Assembly (NCBI GenBank): GCA_016927185.1
Contig: JAFGND010000070.1
Span: 1-33,491, forward strand
Source of the DNA: Candidatus Coatesbacteria bacterium
Lineage (GTDB): Bacteria > JAFGND01
DNA length: 33,491 nucleotides
Direction of reading: 5' to 3'
The number at the start of each line of letters is the position of its first letter. Positions within the stretch are counted from its first letter, which is position 1. This document shows positions 19,859-29,192 of the stretch, piece after piece. A model generated the notes under the pieces. The model ran no database searches, was not told where the DNA came from, and saw only the letters and a program-made list of their open reading frames with translations. The position numbers were made by a program, and so were the translations under genes.

Positions 19859-19876
19859 CAAAGAATGGAAATATAG

Positions 19877-20650
19877 CTATTCCTCAGTATCCTCTTCATC
19901 ATCAGAGGAAACTCCTTCTGCAGCCTTGAGATAAGCTTCTATTGCTCCGATACTTATTGCACTTCTCATCTTAACAGGCATCAACCTTGCATCTTTTGTT
20001 AACCAAACCCAGAGTCGTCCTTTTTGCTTGAAAACTGCTGATGATTCAAGTTTTGGTTCAACCTTCCAGCATTCGAAAGTTCCTGCAGGGACAGTCACGG
20101 TCTCAGTTGACTGGACTTCAACAATCATTGGGTAGTTCTTTTTGTCAGCATGGTTAGGGATCTGGATTTTTGCACCAATTTTTACCTTGTCTCCTTGAGC
20201 CCTGAAATAATACAATGCACAGAGAATATCCACTACCCTTGCTGGAGTTCTCATCACTGTACCATCATCATAAGTTACTGTATTGTTTTCCTGGTCAAAA
20301 GTGGTTACAACATCCGTGCTGTAATTACCTTCCCTGAGATGCTTTTCAAATCGCAAGGAATAAAGATTTTCTATATCAAAATATGCTTCAATCCTGTCTC
20401 TAACTGGGAAGAGAGCGCTGAAAGCAGTATTCGAGTTGGTTTCAGAATATATATGATATGCCTTCCTTCCCTTGAAAACCTTGATACCTTTTACTTCTAA
20501 TGTAGCTGTTCCTGCAGTAAGACTTTGCGTTCCGAAGAACTGTATGGAAAAAGTCAGTTTCTCCCCTATTTTCCAGGGTACCTTTGCCTCTGCTGATAGA
20601 AACTGAGAAAACAGCATTATGATAATCATCACACCTGTTAGTTTTAACAC
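19877..20650 (-). CDS. DUF3108-like secreted protein
   Basis: GTG start with GGAGG SD; signal peptide; GEKLTF, VRDRIE, ETVTVPAGTFEC and W.TKD..LMPV. Confidence 0.85.
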   Translation of the reverse strand: MLKLTGVMIIIMLFSQFLSAEAKVPWKIGEKLTFSIQFFGTQSLTAGTATLEVKGIKVFKGRKAYHIYSETNSNTAFSALFPVRDRIEAYFDIENLYSLRFEKHLREGNYSTDVVTTFDQENNTVTYDDGTVMRTPARVVDILCALYYFRAQGDKVKIGAKIQIPNHADKKNYPMIVEVQSTETVTVPAGTFECWKVEPKLESSAVFKQKGRLWVWLTKDARLMPVKMRSAISIGAIEAYLKAAEGVSSDDEEDTEE

Positions 20651-20679
20651 AACAACCTCCTTGATATCGAAGAAATAAT

Positions 20680-21045
20680 TTATATCATTAAAACGCTTGC
20701 TATTGCATAATCCTTGTCATGTGAGACGGACAATAATAAAGCTTTATCCTTGAATTCCCTTAAATACTGACTGTTAACTATATTTATAGATGGGGATCCC
20801 TCTTCATCAATAATCACTTCTATATCCTTGTATGCGAAAATACCCTTGCCTATTGTCTTTATAAAAGCCTCTTTTGCTGCAAATCTTGCTGCATAAGAGT
20901 GATATTTTCTTGCCTGCTTTTCACAATAAATCTGTTCGTTTTTTGTAAAAATCCTGTTTATAAATCTATCTCCATATTTATTATAAAGATTTTCTATTCT
21001 AGGGATACTCACAATATCTATACCAATTGATGGTGATTTTTTCAT
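20680..21045 (-). CDS. acpS: Holo-[acyl-carrier-protein] synthase
   Basis: IGIDIV, RIFT..E, AARFAAKEAFIK and SVSHD. Confidence 0.96.
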   Translation of the reverse strand: MKKSPSIGIDIVSIPRIENLYNKYGDRFINRIFTKNEQIYCEKQARKYHSYAARFAAKEAFIKTIGKGIFAYKDIEVIIDEEGSPSINIVNSQYLREFKDKALLLSVSHDKDYAIASVLMI

Positions 21046-21245
21046 TCCCTGGGTTTTGCTTCCTTTGCAGAAGAAACAATTTCACCTTCGATCCTTATAG
21101 TACCGTTATCTATCCTGATATCAAAATGACATGAAGGATTAGTGCAGATCCAGGCTTTATACTTGATAGTTGCACCATCTCTTCCATAGTCAGAAAGTGG
21201 CACTAATACGCCCTTTTCACACTTGTTACATTTAGGAAAATTCAT
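21042..21245 (-). CDS. Small zinc-ribbon-like protein
   Basis: GGAGG SD; CxxC...CTNPSC; ATGA overlap with acpS. Confidence 0.8.
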   Translation of the reverse strand: MNFPKCNKCEKGVLVPLSDYGRDGATIKYKAWICTNPSCHFDIRIDNGTIRIEGEIVSSAKEAKPRE

Positions 21246-21275
21246 TTTATCCTCCCATCACATTCAACACAATGA

Positions 21276-21298
21276 AAGGCTGAGGAAAGCTCAGCCTT
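21276..21298 (-). terminator. Stem-loop downstream of lipoprotein gene
   Basis: AAGGCTGAG-GAAAG-CTCAGCCTT, 9-bp stem with only a short T tract. Confidence 0.6.
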
Positions 21299-21310
21299 AA
21301 ATCAAGAAAT

Positions 21311-21694
21311 TTATTTCTTTGGTGAATATACTGGTGTTATTTTTTTCCCGCCTCTTGAAGGGCTTGGAACTGGAGTTATATGGGTACGTGGAGTAGTGGA
21401 ACCTTTTTCTCTGATAATATAGGTTCTTGTTGCTGGTAATTTTGCATTCTTCTTCAGTTCCTCTACATCCTTGATAAGATTCTCTACATCTTTTACCAGA
21501 TCATCAACAATCATCTGCAAACTGTCAACTTTTCCAGCTTTCTGAGCCATTGTCTGGCTTGATGTTTCTATTGTTGCAACCTTTGTAGACAAGTCTTCCA
21601 ATGCCTTCTTTGTAGCTGGATCAGTTCCTCCTATACAGCTTATTAGTGAAGCAGCTACCAAAACGGATAGTATTGCTACCAATACTCTTTTCAT
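21311..21694 (-). CDS. Lipoprotein with coiled coil and Pro/basic tail
   Basis: AAGGAGG SD; lipobox LISC; heptads LVKDVENLIKDVEEL. Confidence 0.85.
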   Translation of the reverse strand: MKRVLVAILSVLVAASLISCIGGTDPATKKALEDLSTKVATIETSSQTMAQKAGKVDSLQMIVDDLVKDVENLIKDVEELKKNAKLPATRTYIIREKGSTTPRTHITPVPSPSRGGKKITPVYSPKK

Positions 21695-21920
21695 TATTAA
21701 CCTCCTTAAGATTAACCCTCTATTTACTACTGCTTTTAAGATTAATTCACCTCCTCTTAATATCTATTTATTTTATGACGGTTTAGCTTTTATTTTTCCC
21801 TATATTTAAAGCAATTGTATTTTTCATCCTCTTTATATAAATATAAAGAATCATCAAAAAAATTCCATCTTGAAAACAGAAACTTCAAATTCAGGAAATC
21901 GAAAAAACTATATTTTGATC

Positions 21921-21948
21921 TTGACATTTTTAACCATTATACTATTGT
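21921..21948 (+). promoter_or_regulatory. Putative sigma70-type promoter facing no CDS
   Basis: TTGACA-N16-TATTGT. Confidence 0.4.
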
Positions 21949-21954
21949 ATAAAC

Positions 21955-22024
21955 CAACAGGCGCCTGCTGATTTTCCTTCAGTAGATTATTAAAAGAGAG
22001 CAATTTGCTCTCTTTTCTTGTTTT
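21955..22024 (+). ncRNA. Candidate small RNA
   Basis: Promoter-like signal, then hairpin CTGCTGA-TTTTCCT-TCAGTAG, then a terminator hairpin with T tract; no family recognised. Confidence 0.3.
21992..22016. terminator. Bidirectional intrinsic terminator
   Basis: AAAAGAGAGCAA-T-TTGCTCTCTTTT, just past the stop of the ExeA-like gene. Confidence 0.85.
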
Positions 22025-22862
22025 AAAAACTGTCAATAGAAGTCCTTGTCTGCAAAAGACCTAAATCATTTACTACTTCTCTTACAATATATAAATCTAC
22101 TTTTGATTTCTTGAGCAGGAAAGCTTCCAGAAGCGAATTGTCACAAATGGTATTGATAAGCCTTGGAATACCTGTGCTTGCCCTGTGAATAAGCCCATAA
22201 GCTTCGTCAGTAAAGACGGATTCCTTTGCTCCTGCTATTTTCATTCTGTGCTGAATATAACGTAGTGTTGATTCATATTTCAGGGATCTCAATGAGAATT
22301 TAAGAGCTACCCTCTGTAATAATGCTACATCCAGAGATAGATTCTGATCAATTTCAGGCAAACCAAAAAGAATGAACGTTATAAGCATCTGACCAGAATC
22401 TTCCAGATTTAAAAGTCCCCTCAATTCCTCCATAATCTCCTTGGCTCTCAGCATGTTAGCTTCGTCAATCAGAACAACTGCTTTCTTGTTCTGTTTCTTT
22501 ATTTCCTTCAATCTCAGGAAAAGCTGGTTAAGTATTTCAACTCTTGTATCAGCAAGCTGGTCAAGTTCGAATTGAGAAGCAATCTTCCTTAGAAGCCATA
22601 ATGAACTTATATCCGGATGAACTATTATAAGAAGAGCTGTTTCATATATTGAATCATCCATTTCAAGTAGAAGTCTTCTCGCAAGAGTCGTCTTTCCTGT
22701 TCCAAGATCTCCAACAAGAACAGCCAGACCTTTCATGGTCTCAGCAGCATACTTGAGCCTCAAAAGTGCCTGATCATGCTGCTCCGAATTAAAATAGAAT
22801 CTGTCATCGGGTACATTGGAAAAGGGCTGCATGGATAATCCAAAAAACTCTTCATAACTCAT
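22023..22862 (-). CDS. ExeA/GspA-family AAA+ ATPase
   Basis: YEEFFGL..PF..PD, Walker A GDLGTGKT, Walker B VLIDEA, LFGLPE and GIPRLINTICD; no TM or peptidoglycan-binding tail. Confidence 0.9.
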   Translation of the reverse strand: MSYEEFFGLSMQPFSNVPDDRFYFNSEQHDQALLRLKYAAETMKGLAVLVGDLGTGKTTLARRLLLEMDDSIYETALLIIVHPDISSLWLLRKIASQFELDQLADTRVEILNQLFLRLKEIKKQNKKAVVLIDEANMLRAKEIMEELRGLLNLEDSGQMLITFILFGLPEIDQNLSLDVALLQRVALKFSLRSLKYESTLRYIQHRMKIAGAKESVFTDEAYGLIHRASTGIPRLINTICDNSLLEAFLLKKSKVDLYIVREVVNDLGLLQTRTSIDSF

Positions 22863-22876
22863 ATATCAAATTCCTA

Positions 22877-24805
22877 TTATAAATATGAAATCTTTCTTTT
22901 CTTCTGGGTTTCCTTCTTTTCAGTTTCTTCTTCCTCTTTTATTTCCTCACTCTGTAATTCCTTAACAAATTTCTTGAGATCAGTTATAATTCTCTTGCTT
23001 TCTTGTCTGGATAATCCCAGTGAAGGCATTTCACTGATCTCTCTTTTATCAAGATTATCTATATAATCAGATTCTCTTTCCGGGAAAAGCAAATCCTGAA
23101 CCGGTTTTTCTTCCACTACTTCCCTGGCAGGTTGTTTTGCTGGTGTTTCTTTCTCCTCTGCTGAAGTGTCTTCCTCTTTTTTCTCTCTTTGCATTTTTTT
23201 GAGCTGCACGAGATATTTCTTAAGCAGTTTCTCAGTATCCTTGAAATTCTTGTTGGTAGCATAAACTTCTTTCAGTTCCTTTATTGCACTCTTGAGATAC
23301 CCTTTTTGTTCGAAAGCTATTGCAAGCATGTATCTAAGATTTATGCACTGCAAAGGTTCTTTTGCCACCGAGATTCCTCGCTTTAAAGTCACCATTGCTT
23401 TATCAAGTTCTTCCTTTTCAAGGAAAATTTCTCCAATCATTTCATATGCTTTTGTATCATCCCTGTTAGTAAGGATTATCTTTCTGAATTGTGTTATTGC
23501 TTCTTCGTACAAGCCCATATCCTTGTACATTATCCCGAGATCATACATATTATCAGCATCATCAACTGTTTCGCTTGCCTGGAATCCTTCTTTCAGCTCT
23601 TCAACCATGCTTTCCAGTTCAAGCAAATGCTGTATTGTTGCACTTTGTTCTTCAAGTATTGAATCAATCTCATTGAATGTCCTGTCCTTGGCTACAGGAG
23701 AAAAATCATCAAGGATTTCCTTCAGTTTTCCCTTTGAAATCTCTATTTGTTTCTTGCGTTCTTCCTCAAATTTCTGTTTCACCTCATCAGCAGCTTTTCT
23801 CCTTGCATCTGCTTCAGCTTTCTGCCTTGCTTCTTCCCTCTTCCTTCTTTCTTCATCAGCCTTTTTCTTGGCTTCTATCTCAGCTTGTCTTATTGCTTCT
23901 TCTTCGGCTGCTTTCTTCCTGGCTTCCTCAGCTGCTTTTCTTTTTGCATCCTCTTCCGCTTTTCTCCTGGCTTCTGCTTCAGCTTTCTGCCTTGCCTCTT
24001 CCCTCTTCCTTCTTTCCTCATCAGCCTTTTTCTTGGCTTCAATCTCAGCTTGTCTGGTAGCCTCTTCTTCGGCTTTCTTCCTGGATTCTTTTTCAATGCG
24101 TTTCAGTTCTTCTTCCTCTTCTTCCGAAGCTGAAGAAAGACCTTCAAGAATGTTCATCAATTCATCTTCTGATTCATCCTTTGCCTTCTTTACTTCTATC
24201 CCTTTCACAGAATCGGGATCAAGCTCTTTCATTTTCTCAAGGATGTCACCTGCTGCTTCTTCCATGGATAGTTCCTGGAATACAGCCAGACCTTTTTTAT
24301 AGATTGACATTGCTTCATCATATCTCTTGTAAACCTCTAGAAAATGGCTATATTCAAGGTAGCTTTGTAAATCCTGATTGTCCAGTTCAAGCATCTTATC
24401 ATAAAGTTCGAAAATCTCTTCCTTTTTGTCTCTGTTATGTTGAATATACTTCCTGTAATTATCTACTGCTTCCTTGTTGAAACCCTGCTTAGCCAGAAGC
24501 CTTCCCATTATCTTGAAAACATCTGGTTTTGTCTCTTGCCTTAATATCTTCCTGCACATTGCAACAGCATTATTATAAAACTCCTGACTCTCATAAGCTT
24601 CAATCGCCAACAGAAAATAATTAATTGCCAAAGCTTTGTTGTTCAGTTTTATATAAAGATCTCCTATATAGTTCAGATAAGTGGGATCCTGACCATCTAT
24701 CTCAATTATAGCTTTATATTCCTCAATGGCTTTGTTGAAATCTCCTTTCTGCATGAATCTATCTGCATTTTTCTTGAGCTTCTCTACTTTCTTCTTGTTA
24801 CTCAT
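22877..24805 (-). CDS. TPR-repeat protein with central E/K/R/A-rich helical spacer
   Basis: N-terminal TPRs, charged repeat region and C-terminal TPRs (YDLGIMYKDMGLYEEAI); SD AGGTGAGG. Confidence 0.88.
   Translation of the reverse strand: MSNKKKVEKLKKNADRFMQKGDFNKAIEEYKAIIEIDGQDPTYLNYIGDLYIKLNNKALAINYFLLAIEAYESQEFYNNAVAMCRKILRQETKPDVFKIMGRLLAKQGFNKEAVDNYRKYIQHNRDKKEEIFELYDKMLELDNQDLQSYLEYSHFLEVYKRYDEAMSIYKKGLAVFQELSMEEAAGDILEKMKELDPDSVKGIEVKKAKDESEDELMNILEGLSSASEEEEEELKRIEKESRKKAEEEATRQAEIEAKKKADEERRKREEARQKAEAEARRKAEEDAKRKAAEEARKKAAEEEAIRQAEIEAKKKADEERRKREEARQKAEADARRKAADEVKQKFEEERKKQIEISKGKLKEILDDFSPVAKDRTFNEIDSILEEQSATIQHLLELESMVEELKEGFQASETVDDADNMYDLGIMYKDMGLYEEAITQFRKIILTNRDDTKAYEMIGEIFLEKEELDKAMVTLKRGISVAKEPLQCINLRYMLAIAFEQKGYLKSAIKELKEVYATNKNFKDTEKLLKKYLVQLKKMQREKKEEDTSAEEKETPAKQPAREVVEEKPVQDLLFPERESDYIDNLDKREISEMPSLGLSRQESKRIITDLKKFVKELQSEEIKEEEETEKKETQKKRKISYL
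23795..24070 (-). repeat. Intragenic duplication, 165-nt period
   Basis: RQAEIEAKKKADEERRKREEARQKAEA is encoded twice; TCAGCTTGTCT occurs at 23880 and 24045. Confidence 0.9.
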
Positions 24806-24824
24806 CTCGCCTCACCTTGGATTA

Positions 24825-26030
24825 TTAAAAAGACACCCATTTCCCTTTTTTCATAACTTTGTCAACTGAATTTATTCCGTAATGATATGAAATATCTCTG
24901 TAATCTTCTGCATTCCATATAATTAAATCAGCTTGCATGCCTGCATCCAGAACTCCTATATTCTCAGCTCCCAAAGCTTTTGCTGCTATCAGGGTTGATG
25001 CAATAAAAGCATCTTCAGGGCTTATTCTCATAGTATTACAAGCAATTGCCTGAACCAGAGAAAAATTTTCGAGGTAGCAACTCCCTGGATTGCAATCTGA
25101 TGCAAGAGCAAAAGTAATTCCATTTTCTTTTAGTTTTCTTGCAGGGGGATAAATACCTAATCCCAATGTAAAACTTGTTGCAGGAAGTAAAACAGGACAG
25201 ATTTTGTATTCCTTCAATATTCTTATTTCATTATCATTTATATAATTCAGGTGATCAGCACTTATTGCTCCTGTTTTTGCTGCTGCTTCAACTCCATGAG
25301 AATTTCCAAGTTCATTTGCATGGATTTTGGGAATGAGACCATATTTTTTCCCTGTTTCCAATATTCTTTCTGATTCTGATTTAGAAAAAACACCATTCTC
25401 ACAGAAAACATCACAGAACTTTGCATATCCCTGTCTTGCCACTTCAGGTATCATTTCTTCTATTACCATGTTTATATAATCCTCCCTTTTATCCTTATAT
25501 TCAGGAGGGATTTCATGTGCACCAAGAAATGTTATGAAAATCTCAATTGGAAGTTCTTCATCAAGATCATGGAGTATTTTTATGAGCCTTAATTCATCTT
25601 CTGTTGTCAGACCATATCCACTTTTTGCCTCTATAGTTGTCGTACCATGAGACATCATTCTCAATAGTCTCTGCCTGGTGCTCTTGTATAGTTCCTCATC
25701 ACTTGCCTGACGTGTCAATCTGACAGTCTTGTTTATTCCTCCACCTGACTTTGCTATATCCATGTAACTGATGCCTTCCAGTCTCATTGAGTATTCATCA
25801 GATCTGTTCCCGGCAAATATAGGATGAGTATGGGGATCAACAAGACCTGGTGTAATAAGCTTTTCTTGAGCATCGAATTCTTCCCATTTCCCCTCAGGCT
25901 TTTTGTCAGATATATAACATATCCTGTCCCCATCTATACCTATGAAGGGATGGTCAAGAATTCTCAACGATGGATTCAAGGAATCTGTTGCAGTTACTGC
26001 AGATTTCACATTAATCAACAGAAGTTTCAT
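24825..26030 (-). CDS. hutI: Imidazolonepropionase
   Basis: PGLVDPHTH, GGGI, GTTTIEAKSGYGL, FLGAH, DVFCE, HANEL, SADHL and SDCNPGS. Confidence 0.96.
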   Translation of the reverse strand: MKLLLINVKSAVTATDSLNPSLRILDHPFIGIDGDRICYISDKKPEGKWEEFDAQEKLITPGLVDPHTHPIFAGNRSDEYSMRLEGISYMDIAKSGGGINKTVRLTRQASDEELYKSTRQRLLRMMSHGTTTIEAKSGYGLTTEDELRLIKILHDLDEELPIEIFITFLGAHEIPPEYKDKREDYINMVIEEMIPEVARQGYAKFCDVFCENGVFSKSESERILETGKKYGLIPKIHANELGNSHGVEAAAKTGAISADHLNYINDNEIRILKEYKICPVLLPATSFTLGLGIYPPARKLKENGITFALASDCNPGSCYLENFSLVQAIACNTMRISPEDAFIASTLIAAKALGAENIGVLDAGMQADLIIWNAEDYRDISYHYGINSVDKVMKKGKWVSF

Positions 26031-26360
26031 ATCATTTCACAAACATTTTTTAATTTTGTAACTCACCTCATTTTAATACTTCTTCTTCTTGTCAAGACTG
26101 TTATGCAAAAATTCAAATTTTGATCTGCAGTAAATAGAAATGAAATTGCATTCAGTTTTCCCTATACACAAAGCTGATTCATGAACTCTCTGGACTAATA
26201 CCCCTTTTTCTCTTATTATTTAAGCTTGCTTTCAGGATTTTCCAGAAACCTCTTGTTCATTTTAAAATCATTTTATATTGACAGCTTGATAATTTTAATT
26301 GACAGAATTAATGATAATCTCTGGCTATGTCAATATCATTGAGTAAAAGGGGATTAATAT

Positions 26361-27266
26361 ATGGAGCAAATACTGAGAGAGAAAGTGAAGGAACTGCTGA
26401 AACAAAAGACAATAGATCTTTTCATAGGTTATTCCATTTCGGATCCAGACAAGAATACGTATAAACCTTTTTTCATAACTGATCCAAGGCAGGTAGATAA
26501 ACTGACATATAATTCATATTGCTTCAACAATCTTGCTTTGTATCTTACAAAAGATGAACTGAAAAACAGATACAAGAAAATCGGTTTGCTTTGCAAGGGA
26601 TGTGATGCAAGAGCTGTCATAACATTATGCCAGGAAAATCAAATTGAAAGAGATTCTGTTTATATAATAGCAGTTACCTGTAATGGAGTATACAGAGATA
26701 ATCAGCATTATGAAAAAATCAGCAAGGATAACATAGCAGATAAATGTCCAGGTTGCAAAGTGACAAATCCACCTGCTTCAATTGCTGATGAAATAATTGA
26801 AGATGCAATCAAGGATGACAAGGACAATCCTGTAAACATGCAGAGTCCCATAAGTGTATGGTGGGAAAATTTTGATAAATTGCCAAACGAAACAAAATGG
26901 CTCTATTTCAAGGCCGAATTCGATAAGTGCATTAAATGTTATGCATGCAGGCAAGTATGCCCCTTGTGTTATTGTACAATCTGCATTGCTGACCAGAATT
27001 TACCAAGATTCTTTTCTAAATCCTCTGATGCATCAGGAAATGCAGCATGGAACATAGTCAGGGCATATCATCTGACGGGAAGATGCATTGGCTGCGGTGA
27101 ATGCGAAAGAGTTTGTCCCGTGCGAATACCTTTAATGAAAATAAACAAGAGAATGTCTCAGGCAGTCAAGGAGTTCTTTGACTATGAAGGAGGATTAGAC
27201 AAGGAAGCCCCTCCAGCACTGGTTACTTTCAAGAATGATGATGACGAGAATCTATTTCATGGTTAA
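26361..27266 (+). CDS. 4Fe-4S dicluster protein with FrhB/FdhB-like N-terminus (FlxC-like)
   Basis: KGCDARA, CIKCYACRQVCPLCYC and RCIGCGECERVCP. Confidence 0.85.
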   Translation: MEQILREKVKELLKQKTIDLFIGYSISDPDKNTYKPFFITDPRQVDKLTYNSYCFNNLALYLTKDELKNRYKKIGLLCKGCDARAVITLCQENQIERDSVYIIAVTCNGVYRDNQHYEKISKDNIADKCPGCKVTNPPASIADEIIEDAIKDDKDNPVNMQSPISVWWENFDKLPNETKWLYFKAEFDKCIKCYACRQVCPLCYCTICIADQNLPRFFSKSSDASGNAAWNIVRAYHLTGRCIGCGECERVCPVRIPLMKINKRMSQAVKEFFDYEGGLDKEAPPALVTFKNDDDENLFHG

Positions 27267-27284
27267 GATAGAAAAGGAAAACAT

Positions 27285-28346
27285 ATGACCGAGTTATTTA
27301 AATTATCCCCATTTGAATTGAATGCATGGATGGATTTATTGATAGCGGCAGGTTATCCGGTTTTTGCACCTGTCTTTGAAGAAGGCACAGATAAGGATAA
27401 CCTTTATTTCAAGAAAATAAAGAAATGGAATGATGCAGATATTGGCAAGCTGAAGACAAAGCGAGGTCCCAAGGAGCTTTTTTTCCCAATCAATGAAGAC
27501 CTGTTCTCTTACAAGTATAATGGAGATGGTTTCACTCTCGAGGATCCGGAAATTGAATATGAACCTTTCATTGTTGCCGGATTGCGCCCTTGTGATACTG
27601 CGGGACTGGATGTAATAGACAAGCTTTTCAGCTGGGACTACAAGGATGAATTTTATCTGAAGAAACGAGAAAAAGCGATTTTAATAGCCTTCACCTGCCC
27701 TTATACTGATTCAAGCTGCTTTTGTACTTCCGTTCTGGGAAAATATCCCTACAAGGATGGAAGTGATATTATGCTGACCCAATTGAAAAGCAAGGATTAC
27801 ATTGTTGAGATATTGACTGAAAAAGGAAAAAAACTCCTCAGTCATTTAAACAAGGTAATTAATCCTGCTTCCAAAGAGGATTTGAAAGAACTTAAAAAAG
27901 AACTTGATAATATTGATAAAAGCATAAAAAAGATAAAAATCGATAAAGTCAAGTCATGGCTTGAAAATAATTTCGAGGATGACTACTGGAAGAATTGTGC
28001 TCTTGAATGTCTGTCTTGCGGGATATGCACATTTGTATGTCCTACTTGTCACTGCTTTGACATTATTGAAGACAGGAATTTAGACAAGATAACAAGAAGG
28101 AGAACATGGGATAGCTGCTCTTTCACTGATTTCACTAGAATGAAAGTACATCAACCAAGACAAGAGCATTTCAGGAGATGGAGACAAAGACTTATGCATA
28201 AATACTATTATTATGTGAACAACTTTGAAGTTATTGCATGCACAGGCTGCGGAAGATGCATTGAAAGCTGTCCTGTAGGAATAAATATAATGACGATGCT
28301 TTCAGAAATTGATGATAAGGGCAAAAAACTGAAAGCAAAAGCTTAA
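27285..28346 (+). CDS. 4Fe-4S protein, AsrA/sulfhydrogenase-beta family (FlxB-like)
   Basis: RPCD, CFC, CLSCGICTFVCPTCHCF, WDSC, RQRLMHK and CTGCGRCIESCP. Confidence 0.9.
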   Translation: MTELFKLSPFELNAWMDLLIAAGYPVFAPVFEEGTDKDNLYFKKIKKWNDADIGKLKTKRGPKELFFPINEDLFSYKYNGDGFTLEDPEIEYEPFIVAGLRPCDTAGLDVIDKLFSWDYKDEFYLKKREKAILIAFTCPYTDSSCFCTSVLGKYPYKDGSDIMLTQLKSKDYIVEILTEKGKKLLSHLNKVINPASKEDLKELKKELDNIDKSIKKIKIDKVKSWLENNFEDDYWKNCALECLSCGICTFVCPTCHCFDIIEDRNLDKITRRRTWDSCSFTDFTRMKVHQPRQEHFRRWRQRLMHKYYYYVNNFEVIACTGCGRCIESCPVGINIMTMLSEIDDKGKKLKAKA

Positions 28347-28355
28347 CAGGAGAGG

Positions 28356-29192
28356 ATGATGACAAATATTTATAAACCGTTTGTGATGGAAATAATTAAA
28401 AGTTTTCAGGAAACTCCTGATGTAAAAACTTTCAGATTGAAATTCAAGAATGATGAAATAGCAAAGAATTTTTCATTCAAGACTGGTCAATTTGGAGAAT
28501 ATACCGTTTTCGGAGTTGGTGAAACAACATTCTGCATATCTTCATCAGCTTTTCAGAAAGATTATATAGAATGCTCTTTCAAGAAAGTTGGGGAAGTCAC
28601 TACTGCCCTTGAAAGGCTCGACAAAGGCGATGAAATCGGATTCAGGGGACCTTATGGAAACTGGTTCGAGATTGATGAATGGGCTGGAAAAAATCTGGTC
28701 TTTGTTGCCGGGGGAATAGGTCTTGCTCCAATCCGCTCATGCTTTCTTTCATGCCTTGCCCAGCGGGAAAAATACAAGGACATTACAATGATATATGGAG
28801 CCAGATCCGTTAGCGATCTTGTTTATAAAACACAGCTTAATGAGTGGGAGAAGAGAGACGATATAAAAACGATTTATACTGTGGATCCGGGAGGCGAAAA
28901 TAGTTCATGGAAGGGCAAAATAGGTTTCGTGCCAACCATTCTTGAAAAGGCTGATCCAAAGCCAGATAATACAGTTGTTATTACATGCGGTCCACCCATT
29001 ATGATAAAGTTTGTTCTTAAATCCCTGAAGAAAATGAATTTCGAGGATGAACAAATTATTACTACCCTTGAAATGAAAATGAAGTGCGGAATAGGTAAAT
29101 GTGGCAGATGTAATATCGGTCCTTACTATGTCTGTAAACATGGACCGGTATTTTCCATGGCACAAATAAAGGATTTTCCACTGGAGTATTAA
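28356..29192 (+). CDS. FAD/NAD(P)-binding 2Fe-2S oxidoreductase, AsrB/PyrK family (FlxA-like)
   Basis: GQF, RGPYGN, AGGIGLAP, CGPPIM and MKCGIGKCGRCNIG..YVC..GP. Confidence 0.92.
   Translation: MMTNIYKPFVMEIIKSFQETPDVKTFRLKFKNDEIAKNFSFKTGQFGEYTVFGVGETTFCISSSAFQKDYIECSFKKVGEVTTALERLDKGDEIGFRGPYGNWFEIDEWAGKNLVFVAGGIGLAPIRSCFLSCLAQREKYKDITMIYGARSVSDLVYKTQLNEWEKRDDIKTIYTVDPGGENSSWKGKIGFVPTILEKADPKPDNTVVITCGPPIMIKFVLKSLKKMNFEDEQIITTLEMKMKCGIGKCGRCNIGPYYVCKHGPVFSMAQIKDFPLEY

Noticed and set aside
23292-24302. 336-aa plus-strand ORF and other overlapping ORFs
   Set aside because: Antisense to the low-complexity charged region of the TPR gene.
27285-29192. Calling these asrAB sulfite reductase or sulfhydrogenase
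   Set aside because: No asrC or hydrogenase subunits are adjacent; the upstream FrhB-like gene fits Flx better.
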